64,000 nt of DNA from Acidobacteriota bacterium. GTDB lineage: Bacteria; Acidobacteriota; UBA6911; RPQK01; JAJDTT01. Where the stretch lies: positions 1,920,001-1,984,000 of the forward strand of contig OZ242374.1 in assembly GCA_965209055.1 (NCBI GenBank), given 5' to 3'. The notes under the pieces were generated by a model. It was not told the origin of the DNA and did no database searches. It saw nothing but the letters and a program-made list of their open reading frames with translations. Positions 19,143-28,178 of this stretch are shown here, in pieces. The position numbers were made by a program, and so were the translations under genes. The first letter of the stretch is position 1, and every line of letters begins with the position of its first letter.

Positions 19143-20234
19143 ATGGGCAAGACCTACCGGGCCGCGATCATCGGCGTCGGAGCCATCGCCGACATTCACG
19201 CCATGGCCATGGGCGATCTGGAGCACGTGGACCTCGTGGCCGGTTCCTGCCGGACCGAGGCCAAGGGCAAGGCCTTCGCACAGCGGTTCGGCTGCCGCTG
19301 GTACCGGGACTACCAGGAGCTCCTGGACCAGGCCCGGCCCGACTTCGTCTCCATCGCCACACCCAGCGGGTTTCACCTGGAGCCGCTGGAGGCGTGCGCC
19401 CGGCGCGGCGTCCATGTCCTTTGCGAGAAGCCCCTGGAAATCACCGTCGCGCGCGTGGACCGGATGATCCAGGTGGCCCGGGAGAGCGGGATCCGTCTGG
19501 GAGGCATATTTCCCCAGCGCTTCAACCCGGTGCTGCGGGAGGTTCACGGAGCCGCCTCCCAGGGCCGGTTCGGCGATCTGGCGGTGGTCAACGCCTATGT
19601 GCCCTGGTGGCGTGACGACGCCTACTACGCGCCCGATCGCTGGCAGGGGACGCTGGCACTGGACGGCGGCGGCGCCATGATGAACCAGTCCATTCACGGC
19701 GTCGACGCGGCCCAGTGGCTGGCCTCGGCCGCCATCCCGGATCTTCCGCACGGCGTCAATCCGGTTCGAGAGATCTTCGCCTTCACCGCCAAGCGGGGTC
19801 ACGATCCGGACCTGATCGAGGTGGAGGACACGGCGGTGGCCGTCATGCGTCTTCGCGGCGGGGCACTGGGCCAGTTGCTGGGGGCCACCTCCATGTTTCC
19901 CGGCTCGCTGAAGCGGCTTCAGTTGGCGGGGAGGGGCGGGACCGCGGAAGTGCTGGAGGACGAGCTCGTCACCTGGACCTTCAACCGGGAGCAGGCCGGG
20001 GACGACAGCGTGCGCCGGCGTTTTTCCCAGGAGACCCGCAGCGGCGGGGGAGCCGCCGATCCCATGGCCATCGACTACAGCCTCCACACCGGGAACATCC
20101 GCGGCTTCGTCAACTGGCTGGAGGGGGGCGAGGACTTCATGCTGGACGGATCCGAGTCCCGAAAGGCGGTGGCCATCATCGAAGCCATCTACGAATCGGC
20201 CCGGACCGGCCGTGTCGCGGCCGTAGGGAGCTGA
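19143..20234 (+). CDS. Gfo/Idh/MocA oxidoreductase
   Basis: IIGVGAIA, HVLCEKP and GGGAMMNQSIH. Confidence 0.9.
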   Translation: MGKTYRAAIIGVGAIADIHAMAMGDLEHVDLVAGSCRTEAKGKAFAQRFGCRWYRDYQELLDQARPDFVSIATPSGFHLEPLEACARRGVHVLCEKPLEITVARVDRMIQVARESGIRLGGIFPQRFNPVLREVHGAASQGRFGDLAVVNAYVPWWRDDAYYAPDRWQGTLALDGGGAMMNQSIHGVDAAQWLASAAIPDLPHGVNPVREIFAFTAKRGHDPDLIEVEDTAVAVMRLRGGALGQLLGATSMFPGSLKRLQLAGRGGTAEVLEDELVTWTFNREQAGDDSVRRRFSQETRSGGGAADPMAIDYSLHTGNIRGFVNWLEGGEDFMLDGSESRKAVAIIEAIYESARTGRVAAVGS

Positions 20235-20247
20235 GCGCGAAAAAGGG

Positions 20248-21291
20248 TCAGGCGGTCAACGATTCGACGGCTCGGAGCAGCCCCTTGATGTAGCCGGTGG
20301 CGTAGGCCCGCCCCCGGTGCGACCAGAGGGTGTCGCCGGGCATCTCGGGGACGTGATCGTCGATGATGAATCCTTCGAACCCCATCTCCACCAGCAGTTT
20401 CATGACCTCCACCACGTCCACGTCCCCTTCGTCGATGAAGGTCTCGGTGATGCAGGGCACGGCTCCCCGGACGTTTCGAAAGTGGACATATGCGATCCGG
20501 CCCCGCGCCCCGAAATAGCGCAGGCCCGCGAACATCTCGTCCACACCCATCTCCGCCCAGGTCCCCATGCAGAAGTCCAGCTTGTGGTTGGGTTCGGGGG
20601 CGATCGCCTCCATGGCGCGCCGGAAGCCCTTGAGGTTCCTGAAGATCCGGGCCACCCCTCCCAGGGAGTCCACGGGCGGATCGTCGGGATGGAGCGCCAG
20701 GGTGACCCCCGCCTCCTGCGCGGTGGGCAGGACCGCCCGGATGAAGTACTCGTAGTTGTCCCAGAGTTCCGCTTCGGAGTATTCCCGGTCGAAGCTCAAA
20801 GGAGCGCTTCGGCCCAGCTCGTGGTCGTAGACGCTGGTCCGGGCGCCGCCCCGGGCCGGCTCGCTCTTGGAGGTGCGCCAGACGCTGTTGGCCATCCAGT
20901 GGTAGCCGAGTATGGGGATCCCCGCCCGGCCCAGGTTGCGAATCGTCTCCTGGTAGTTCTCGATCTCCCGGTCCCGTCCCGGAAGACCCAGAATGCACCG
21001 CTGGTAGAAATGGAGGGGGGTGTTCTCGATGCCCTCCAGACGCAGGCCGTACGACTCGATCCGGGTCCGCAGCTGTAGAAGTTCCAGGTAGTCCCAGTGG
21101 GTGGGGGCCTCTTCATCTCCCGGCTTGCTCCAGTAGGTGGACCCGATGGGACTGGAACCGAAAGGAGTCCGCCCGGTGAGATTGGGCGTGTTGAGGATGA
21201 TGCCGCTGCAACCCAGTTGGGCCGCGAAGGTCAGTATGTCGTCGCTGGGGTCCCGGATGCTGCCGGCCGCCACCCGAATTCGTCTCGCCAT
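20248..21291 (-). CDS. uxuA: Mannonate dehydratase family protein
   Basis: LALHPDDPP, YVHFRNVRG, ETFIDEGD, DHVP and AYATGYIKG. Confidence 0.8.
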   Translation of the reverse strand: MARRIRVAAGSIRDPSDDILTFAAQLGCSGIILNTPNLTGRTPFGSSPIGSTYWSKPGDEEAPTHWDYLELLQLRTRIESYGLRLEGIENTPLHFYQRCILGLPGRDREIENYQETIRNLGRAGIPILGYHWMANSVWRTSKSEPARGGARTSVYDHELGRSAPLSFDREYSEAELWDNYEYFIRAVLPTAQEAGVTLALHPDDPPVDSLGGVARIFRNLKGFRRAMEAIAPEPNHKLDFCMGTWAEMGVDEMFAGLRYFGARGRIAYVHFRNVRGAVPCITETFIDEGDVDVVEVMKLLVEMGFEGFIIDDHVPEMPGDTLWSHRGRAYATGYIKGLLRAVESLTA

Positions 21292-21300
21292 GGCGTGACC

Positions 21301-21765
21301 CTATTCCGGAACGATCTTCCCGAAGTGCAGCCCGCCGCCCTCTCCGTGGCGCCAGACGCCCACGTACTGTTCGTCGTAGAAGAGGACCCGCGCCGTAAAG
21401 GTGCCCAAGCCCGGGATGGCGACCTCGGTCAGGCTCAGGACCGGCGTGTCCCCCGCCCACTCCATCCGCACCGGCACCGGCACCGTGACGTCGCGGCTCC
21501 CGTACTGGATCCGGGCCTGAAAGACCCAGATATCACCGCCCAGCTTCGAGACCTTGGCAACTTCGTACCTTTCCTTCCGCAGTTCCGAGCCTTCGCCGAC
21601 GGTGAAGAATCCCTCCAGCACGACTCCCGACATGGATTGCCGGAATGCTTCTTCCCGCGCCTCCCGCTCCGCCTCGGTTGCGGGGTGTCCGCCTCCGCAA
21701 CCCGGCAGAGCCGCCGCCGCCAGGAAGACCAAAGAAGCCTTCAGGAAAGTAGAACGGGGAAGCAT
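21301..21765 (-). CDS. Hypothetical lipoprotein
   Basis: Lipobox ALPGC, host-like codon usage, co-oriented with uxuA. Confidence 0.7.
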   Translation of the reverse strand: MLPRSTFLKASLVFLAAAALPGCGGGHPATEAEREAREEAFRQSMSGVVLEGFFTVGEGSELRKERYEVAKVSKLGGDIWVFQARIQYGSRDVTVPVPVRMEWAGDTPVLSLTEVAIPGLGTFTARVLFYDEQYVGVWRHGEGGGLHFGKIVPE

Positions 21766-21829
21766 AAGAGACGCTCCGGTCTGCGGATCAGAACGGCAAT
21801 GATAGCAGCCGGCCGGAAGAATCGCTGGC

Positions 21830-22050
21830 TACGCGGCGATCACTTCGAATCTCCGGCTCGGGTCCATGCCGGGCAACGTGCGCCTTGACCGTGGAGAAGG
21901 TGGGCTTTCCCGACCCGGTGTCGTCAACGTGTCGCAACTGCGGACCGTCGACAGGAGCCGGTTGGGCCGGCGTGCCGGCCGGCTATCCCGAGCGAGAGTC
22001 CAAGGCGTTCCGGATGGACTGGACCTCCTGTCGGGAACGGAGCCGCCGAA
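21830..22050 (+). pseudogene. PemK/MazF toxin remnant (C-terminal half only)
   Basis: Frame reads YAAITSNLRLGSMPGNVRLDRGEGGLSRPGVVNVSQLRTVDRSRL. The N-terminal half and the antitoxin are missing. Confidence 0.75.
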
Positions 22051-22068
22051 TCAGGTTGACAATGCTCC

Positions 22069-23034
22069 CTATTTCCGGGGATGCAAGCCCAGGAACTCGA
22101 AGAAGGCCTTCACTTCCTTCATCTGCTCGTCGGTGTACGATTTCATTGGAGCCCGCAGGTGCCGCTTCGCGAGACCGAAGTGCTCCAGCGCCCCGTGGAA
22201 GAAGGGGACGCTGAAGTTTTCGATGATGGGCACGTCGTACTTCTTCGACATCTCGTAGCATTTCTCCAGGTTCCCGGCCTGGTAGGCCTCCCAGAACTCC
22301 TTGGCGATCCAGGGGGCGATGATGGCGTAGATGTCGAAGTAGGTCTTGGCGCCATAGGGAGCGGCGGCCAGGAAGCGGTAGATGCTGCCGCCGCTGTAGA
22401 CGCGGAGCCGGTCCGCGAACTTGGCTTCCAGGAAGATGTATTCCCGGATGTCGTGCTCCTTCATGGCCACCACGGAGTCGATCTCCAGGAGCTTGCGCCA
22501 GGTCTTGTCCTTGAGGCCCACGTTCTTGACCGAGAGTGCCATGCGCGTGTTGGCGGCGGCGGTCCGGAAGTACTCGACGATGTCCTCCTCCGCCATCCTC
22601 GGCGCCAGCACCTCGACGGCGTCGGCCCCCAACCCCTCGGCGTACCGCAGGTAGTCGATCAACCGGGAATTCCAGAAGTTGTTGGTGCAGACGATGCTGA
22701 TGCCGTGATCGCCCACTGCTTCCACGAAGGTCCGGGTCACGGCCTTGACCTCGTCATAGGAGATCCAGGCGTACTTGGTGTTCCCGCCCGTCATGTTGAA
22801 GATCCGGACGTCGTATCTCATGGCGTTGGAGATCATCTTCCGGATGGCGCCGTGATCCACGTTCCCTTCCGCGTCGAAGGGCAGCACCAGGGAAAAGATG
22901 GGTCCCTCCAGGTGCTCCATGACCTGCCGAGGGGTCAGCGGCTTCTTGATCTTGTCGGGAGCCGCCGGCAGGGAGGGCGTGAGGATCACTGTTGCCAGAA
23001 CCAGGGGCAGGAACGGAGCCTTCAACGAGGACAT
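22069..23034 (-). CDS. Dihydrodipicolinate synthase-like (class I aldolase fold) protein with a signal-peptide-like N-terminus
   Basis: LPFDAEGNVD, AEGLGADAV and VVAMKE (Schiff-base Lys position). Confidence 0.75.
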   Translation of the reverse strand: MSSLKAPFLPLVLATVILTPSLPAAPDKIKKPLTPRQVMEHLEGPIFSLVLPFDAEGNVDHGAIRKMISNAMRYDVRIFNMTGGNTKYAWISYDEVKAVTRTFVEAVGDHGISIVCTNNFWNSRLIDYLRYAEGLGADAVEVLAPRMAEEDIVEYFRTAAANTRMALSVKNVGLKDKTWRKLLEIDSVVAMKEHDIREYIFLEAKFADRLRVYSGGSIYRFLAAAPYGAKTYFDIYAIIAPWIAKEFWEAYQAGNLEKCYEMSKKYDVPIIENFSVPFFHGALEHFGLAKRHLRAPMKSYTDEQMKEVKAFFEFLGLHPRK

Positions 23035-23132
23035 GAGAGCAACCTCCGGTTGGAAACCACGGAAAGGCGGGAGCCGTCTCCCGCGCTGGCCTCATGGTAC
23101 AGCGTCCGCCGCCGGTTGTCTCCAAGGGAGCA

Positions 23133-23157
23133 GGAGGGGGGACAGTCTTGTCCCCCC
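23133..23157. repeat. GGAG-tagged hairpin
   Basis: GGAGGGGGGACA-GTCT-TGTCCCCCC. Confidence 0.65.
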
Positions 23158-23253
23158 TTGTTCCCTTCCTCCGGTGGCAGCCTCTTGCGCGAAAGATGCC
23201 GGCCACAAGGGCTGACCCTTCGTTTTTTCGGTCCTGCTAGACTTGTCCAATCC

Positions 23254-24366
23254 ATGAGAAACAGGCGCCGCAGCGACGGGCGATCCGATGGCCTGGTCCC
23301 CATCGAGAGCCTTCCCATAGAAGAGATCGCCACCGTTCCCGAACTGTTGCGAGCCATGTCCCGGACCGCCTTCGGGGGGCGGAACCTGGGAGAGGCTTTC
23401 CAGGTCCTCCTGGAGATGATCCGCGACCGGGGATGCCGTGTGGTCCTGACCGTTTCCGGGGCCATGACCGTGGCCAAGCAGGGACGGATCATCTGCCGGA
23501 TGCTGGACCGGGGTTGGGTGGATGCCGTGGTCGCCACCGGCGCCCTCATCGCCCACGGGCTTACCGAGTCGCTGGGACTCGTCCACTACCGCTGCGAGAG
23601 CCGCCATTCCGACGAGTATCTCTACCGCCGGGGCTACAACCGGATCTACGATACTCTGGAGATGGAGCGGAACCTGGACGACGTGGAGGAACTCCTCCAT
23701 TCGGTCCTGACCCGGGAGGAGCCGGAAGGCGGAACCTGGTCGTCAGCCGGCCTCTGCCGGGCGCTGGGACGGCGGTTGAGCGAGGATGACCGGGGTCCGG
23801 GGATTCTCGGCAGCGCCTTCCGCAGTGGCGTCCCGGTCTTCATTCCCGCCTTTACCGACAGCGAAATCGGACTGGACCTGGCCAACTGGGCCATGGAAAG
23901 GGAGATGCCGGGCACATGGGAGGGCCGGGAAGCGGCTGAACCGGATGAGATCTTCCGGGCGGTTCCTCCCTTCAATCCGTTCCTGGACCTGCAGGAATAT
24001 GCCCGGTTCGCCGCCGCCGCCCCGCGATTGGGGATCTTCACCATCGGCGGAGGAGTCCCCCGCAACTGGGCGCAGCAGGTGGGCCCCTACTTCGAGGTGG
24101 CCGTGAACCGCCTGGGAATCCGCCGTCCGCCGCCCCGCTTCCGCTATGGCGTCCGCATCTGTCCGGAACCGGATCATTGGGGCGGGCTCTCGGGCTGCAG
24201 CTATGCGGAGGGGGTCAGCTGGGGTAAATTCGTCTCTCCCGAGGAGGGCGGACGCTACGCCGAGGTCCACGCCGACGCGACCCTGGTCTGGCCGCTGTTG
24301 ATGAGGGGACTTCTGGAGGAGTTGGGTGACGCCGGCGTCGCCCCAGCGAATCGAGGTGAATCATGA
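23254..24366 (+). CDS. Deoxyhypusine synthase-like protein (possible homospermidine synthase)
   Basis: SGAMT, PAFTDSEIG, IGGGVPRNWAQQ, GGLSGCSYAEGVSWGK and ADATLVWP. Confidence 0.9.
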   Translation: MRNRRRSDGRSDGLVPIESLPIEEIATVPELLRAMSRTAFGGRNLGEAFQVLLEMIRDRGCRVVLTVSGAMTVAKQGRIICRMLDRGWVDAVVATGALIAHGLTESLGLVHYRCESRHSDEYLYRRGYNRIYDTLEMERNLDDVEELLHSVLTREEPEGGTWSSAGLCRALGRRLSEDDRGPGILGSAFRSGVPVFIPAFTDSEIGLDLANWAMEREMPGTWEGREAAEPDEIFRAVPPFNPFLDLQEYARFAAAAPRLGIFTIGGGVPRNWAQQVGPYFEVAVNRLGIRRPPPRFRYGVRICPEPDHWGGLSGCSYAEGVSWGKFVSPEEGGRYAEVHADATLVWPLLMRGLLEELGDAGVAPANRGES

Positions 24367-24905
24367 GTTCGATTCTTGAGCGAATTGCGGCGGCGGATTC
24401 CGCTCGGAGGCGGATCATCAATGCCAACCGGGGACTGTCGGCTGCTCAGGCCGCCTTCAAGGGGCCGGGCGGCTGGTCGGTCCAGGCGCACATCGAGCAC
24501 CTGGTCCTGTCGGAGCAAAGGGGGGTCCAGCGAATCTGGCTGGCGGCCGAAGGCTTGCGCCGGGGCGTCCCCCTCCACGCGGGCGAAGCAGTGCACCGCG
24601 GCCTCCCCATCGAAGAGGTGATCGCCAATACCTGGAAGCCCAAGGAGAAGGCCATGGTCGAGACCGACCCGGTGGGGGAGGGACCCCTCTCCTATTGGAT
24701 CGCCCGTTACGAAGCCTGCCAGCCCACCCTGGAGCAGATCCCCCAGGTCCTGTCGGGACTGGACCCGTCTCAGGCGCTGGACCTGCACTACCTGTCGGGG
24801 CCCCTGGACGCCTACCAGCGGTTGGAATTCCTCCGGTTCCACACCGACCGCCACTACGACCAGGTCGAACGGCTGAAGCAGGCCGAGGGGTTTCCGGTCC
24901 GGTAA
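24363..24905 (+). CDS. DinB family protein
   Basis: WSVQAHIEHLVLSE and FHTDRH. Overlaps the upstream stop (ATGA). Confidence 0.8.
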   Translation: MSSILERIAAADSARRRIINANRGLSAAQAAFKGPGGWSVQAHIEHLVLSEQRGVQRIWLAAEGLRRGVPLHAGEAVHRGLPIEEVIANTWKPKEKAMVETDPVGEGPLSYWIARYEACQPTLEQIPQVLSGLDPSQALDLHYLSGPLDAYQRLEFLRFHTDRHYDQVERLKQAEGFPVR

Positions 24906-24918
24906 TTCGGACCCGAGT

Positions 24919-26238
24919 TCAGAGACCCTCCGTTTCCCAGCCCTTGCGGTAGGGACGGCGCAGGTACTGGTCCGCCTCGGGGACTCCGGCTGCCGTCAGA
25001 TTGGCGCTGTCCCATTTCAACTTCTTGCCGGTTCGGAAGGCCACGTTCCCCAACAGCACCGTCTCGGTCAGGGGGCCCGAGTACGAAAAGTCGGTGGAAG
25101 CCGTGTCCTTCCCCAGAATGGCGTTGACCCACTGGGTGTAGTGACTCTCGTCCGGCTGGGTGGGGAAGACGGTGTCGGCGAAACGTTCCATGGGAAACAG
25201 GATCGGCGTTTGGCCCCCGGCCATCAGCAGGTTCCCCTTCTCGCCGATCAGGAGATTCCCGTTGGCCCAGCCGGGCCAGTCGTCGGGTGCTCCGTAGAGC
25301 TGGCGAGGCGGCCGCATCCCCGCTTCGTACCAGGTCAGGGGCAGGGTCGGCGTCGTGTACCGGGTTCCCGGAAACTCGTAGCGGACGATGGACCAGCGGG
25401 GAGCGCTCTCAGGCAGAGGATCGGTGCCCTCCGCCCGGACGGAGGACGGAGGCCCCAACTCCAGGGCGTTGATGGCGGGATCGATGAGGTGGCAGCCCAT
25501 GTCCCCCAGAGCGCCGGTGCCGAAATCCCACCAGCCCCGCCAGTGAAAGGGATGGTAGACGTCTCCGTCCACATACGGCCTATCGGGCGCCACGCCCAGC
25601 CACAGGTCCCAGTGAACATGGCCGGGCACCGGGTCGCTCCCCGACGGACGTTGTATTTCCTGTTTCCAGTAGGTTCCGGGACGATTGGTCCAGACGTGCG
25701 CTTCCCGGACCTTTCCGATGACCCCGTCGCGGACCACCTGGACGCCGGTCCTCAAGGGGGCCAGGGAGTGATGCTGGATGCCCATCTGGGTCACGACGCC
25801 CTTCTCCTTGGCCAATCGAGTGAGGGCGCGCGCCTCGTGGACCGAGTGGGTCAGGGGCTTTTGCGTGTACACGTGCTTGCCCAGGGACATGGCCTGGTAG
25901 GCGATGGGTGCGTGCATGTGGTCGGGGGTGGAGATGGTCAGGGCGTCGATGTCCTTCTGCTCCAGGAGCTTGCGCCAATCCGTGTATTTCCTGGCGCCGG
26001 GATAGCGCTGGGCGGCCCGTTCCAGCCGCCGCTCGTCGACGTCGCAGATGGCCACCACGTCGTGGCCCAGGGCGCACTCCCCCAGGTCGGTCCAACCCTT
26101 TCCGCCCACGCCGACGCCGGCCAGGCGGAGCCGGGAATGGGAAGATCTCGCCCGGATGATGGCCGGACCCGCCGCCGCGGCCAGGCTTCCCACCCCCAGG
26201 CGCTTCAGGAATGCCCGTCGATTCGATTGCTCCTTCAT
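24919..26238 (-). CDS. Tat-exported Gfo/Idh/MocA oxidoreductase
   Basis: NRRAFLK, STPDHMH, HVYTQKP and WRGWWDFGTGALGDMGCH. Confidence 0.9.
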   Translation of the reverse strand: MKEQSNRRAFLKRLGVGSLAAAAGPAIIRARSSHSRLRLAGVGVGGKGWTDLGECALGHDVVAICDVDERRLERAAQRYPGARKYTDWRKLLEQKDIDALTISTPDHMHAPIAYQAMSLGKHVYTQKPLTHSVHEARALTRLAKEKGVVTQMGIQHHSLAPLRTGVQVVRDGVIGKVREAHVWTNRPGTYWKQEIQRPSGSDPVPGHVHWDLWLGVAPDRPYVDGDVYHPFHWRGWWDFGTGALGDMGCHLIDPAINALELGPPSSVRAEGTDPLPESAPRWSIVRYEFPGTRYTTPTLPLTWYEAGMRPPRQLYGAPDDWPGWANGNLLIGEKGNLLMAGGQTPILFPMERFADTVFPTQPDESHYTQWVNAILGKDTASTDFSYSGPLTETVLLGNVAFRTGKKLKWDSANLTAAGVPEADQYLRRPYRKGWETEGL

Positions 26239-26444
26239 GGCCCGTCTCTCCTCCCTCGAACGGTTCGACGATGTCCCTGTCCAGTCTACTACGATGCCCG
26301 GCCAATCTCCTCCGCCCGGGCCGGGACGAGGTTTGACAACGCCCGGGCCGAAGCCACTTTTGGAAACCCAGGCTTGAGTTTCCGGCCCGGGAACTGGAAC
26401 ATTAGACGGTTTGCGGGAAGAGGCGGTGGCGTAGGAGCGGCGAT

Positions 26445-27503
26445 TTGGAATACCTGATTCCCAGCGAGTGGTTCGATGGACTGTCCCAGTGGATGCTGCT
26501 GTTGCTCGCGGCGGCGTCCGTGGCGGTGTTGGCCAAAGCGGCCGACCTGGTGGTGGAGGGCGCCTCGGGCATCGCCCAGGGCTTGGGCGTTCCCAAGGTA
26601 GTGGTGGGGGCCACCATCGTCTCTCTGGGGACGACCAGTCCCGAATGTGCCGTATCGGTGGTGGCGGCCTGGTCCGGCGAGCCGGGCCTGGCGCTGGGAA
26701 ACGCCGTCGGCTCCATCATCGTCGACTCGGGCCTGATCTTTGGCCTGGGATGCCTTCTGTCCCGGCTTCCGGCGGACCGGTTCATCCTCAACCGGCAGGG
26801 TTGGGTCCAATTCGGCTCCGGTCTGTTGCTCGTGCTCGTCTGCTGGGGCGTCTACAAGATCGCCGGAAACGAGGCCGTCATCGACCGCTCCATGGGGTTC
26901 TTTTTCGTGGCGCTTCTGGCGGCCTACCTCGTTTTTTCGGTTCGCTGGAGCCGGGGCCATCCCGAGCTGGCCGCCCAGATGGGCAGCGAGGCGGGCGACG
27001 TGACCCATGGCACGCTCCAGCTTTGGCTGAGCGTGCTGGCCGGCCTGGTGCTGGTTCTGCTCTCCAGCCGGGTCCTCATCTGCAGCGTCATCGAGTTGGC
27101 CGAGAACCACTGGTTCATCCCCAAGGTGGTGATCGCCGCCACTCTGGTCGCCTTCGGGACGTCGCTTCCCGAGTTGGTGATCGGCATGGCCAGCATCTAC
27201 CGGGGGCACAACGAGTTGCTGGTGGGGAACATCATCGGCGCGGACGTGCTGAACGTCCTGTTCGTGGTGGGGTTCTCGGCCGTAGCGGCCCCGTTGCCGG
27301 TGGTGGAGGCAGGCGCCTCATTGCCCCAGATCCTCCTCTACGTCCACCTGCCCTTCATGTTGGGGATCCTGGTCCTGTTTCGCGTCTTCATCTTCCGGGC
27401 GTCCTCCAGGGGCTGGTTCCAGAGATGGTACGGCGTCCCGCTGCTGCTCATTTACGGGATCTACCTGGTCACGCAGATCTCGTTGGGAACGCTGGGCGAG
27501 TAA
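26445..27503 (+). CDS. Na+/Ca2+ exchanger family antiporter (YrbG-like)
   Basis: Two alpha repeats, GTTSPE...GNAVGS and GTSLPE...GNIIG. Confidence 0.9.
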   Translation: MEYLIPSEWFDGLSQWMLLLLAAASVAVLAKAADLVVEGASGIAQGLGVPKVVVGATIVSLGTTSPECAVSVVAAWSGEPGLALGNAVGSIIVDSGLIFGLGCLLSRLPADRFILNRQGWVQFGSGLLLVLVCWGVYKIAGNEAVIDRSMGFFFVALLAAYLVFSVRWSRGHPELAAQMGSEAGDVTHGTLQLWLSVLAGLVLVLLSSRVLICSVIELAENHWFIPKVVIAATLVAFGTSLPELVIGMASIYRGHNELLVGNIIGADVLNVLFVVGFSAVAAPLPVVEAGASLPQILLYVHLPFMLGILVLFRVFIFRASSRGWFQRWYGVPLLLIYGIYLVTQISLGTLGE

Positions 27504-27522
27504 CCGTCGAGGCCGCTCCGCC

Positions 27523-28107
27523 TCAGACCTGCCGGTAGCGGAAACAACCGGTGACGTGATCGTTCACCATGCCGGCGGCCTGCATGAAGGCGTAGCAGAT
27601 GGTGGGTCCGGCGAAGCGGAACCCCCGCTTTCCGAGGGATCGGCTCATGGCGCCGGATTCCCAGGTGCTGGCCGGGATCCGGTCCTGGCTCTCAAACGCA
27701 TTGACGCGCGTCCGCCCACCCGTGAACTGCCAGATGTACCGGTCGAATGTCCCGAACTCTTCCTGGACCGCCAGAAAACTGCGGGCATTCCCCACCGTGG
27801 CGACCACCTTGAGCCGGTTGCGAATGATCCCCCGGTCCTGGAGCAGGCGGGCGATCTTCCTCTCGTCGTAACGGCAGATCCGCCGCGGATCGAATCCATC
27901 GAATGCGGTCCGAAAGTTCTCCCTCTTCTTGAGAATCGTCAACCAGCTCAATCCCGCCTGAAAGGCGTCCAGGACCAGGAACTCGAACAACTTCCGGTCG
28001 TCGTGAACCGGAACTCCCCATTCCCGGTCGTGGTACTCAGCAAGAAGCGGATGGCCCGCCGCCCACTGGCACCGCGCCAGGTCACCGGCCGCTGTCTCAA
28101 TCCTCAT
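27523..28107 (-). CDS. tag: DNA-3-methyladenine glycosylase I
   Basis: YHDREWG, QAGLSW, IIRNRLK and YAFMQAAGMVNDH...C. Confidence 0.95.
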   Translation of the reverse strand: MRIETAAGDLARCQWAAGHPLLAEYHDREWGVPVHDDRKLFEFLVLDAFQAGLSWLTILKKRENFRTAFDGFDPRRICRYDERKIARLLQDRGIIRNRLKVVATVGNARSFLAVQEEFGTFDRYIWQFTGGRTRVNAFESQDRIPASTWESGAMSRSLGKRGFRFAGPTICYAFMQAAGMVNDHVTGCFRYRQV

Positions 28108-28178
28108 CCTTGATTCTCCAGCCCGGGAATGGTATCCAAATCATGGTATTCCATCCATCCGGAACAGGAGGTGAAACC

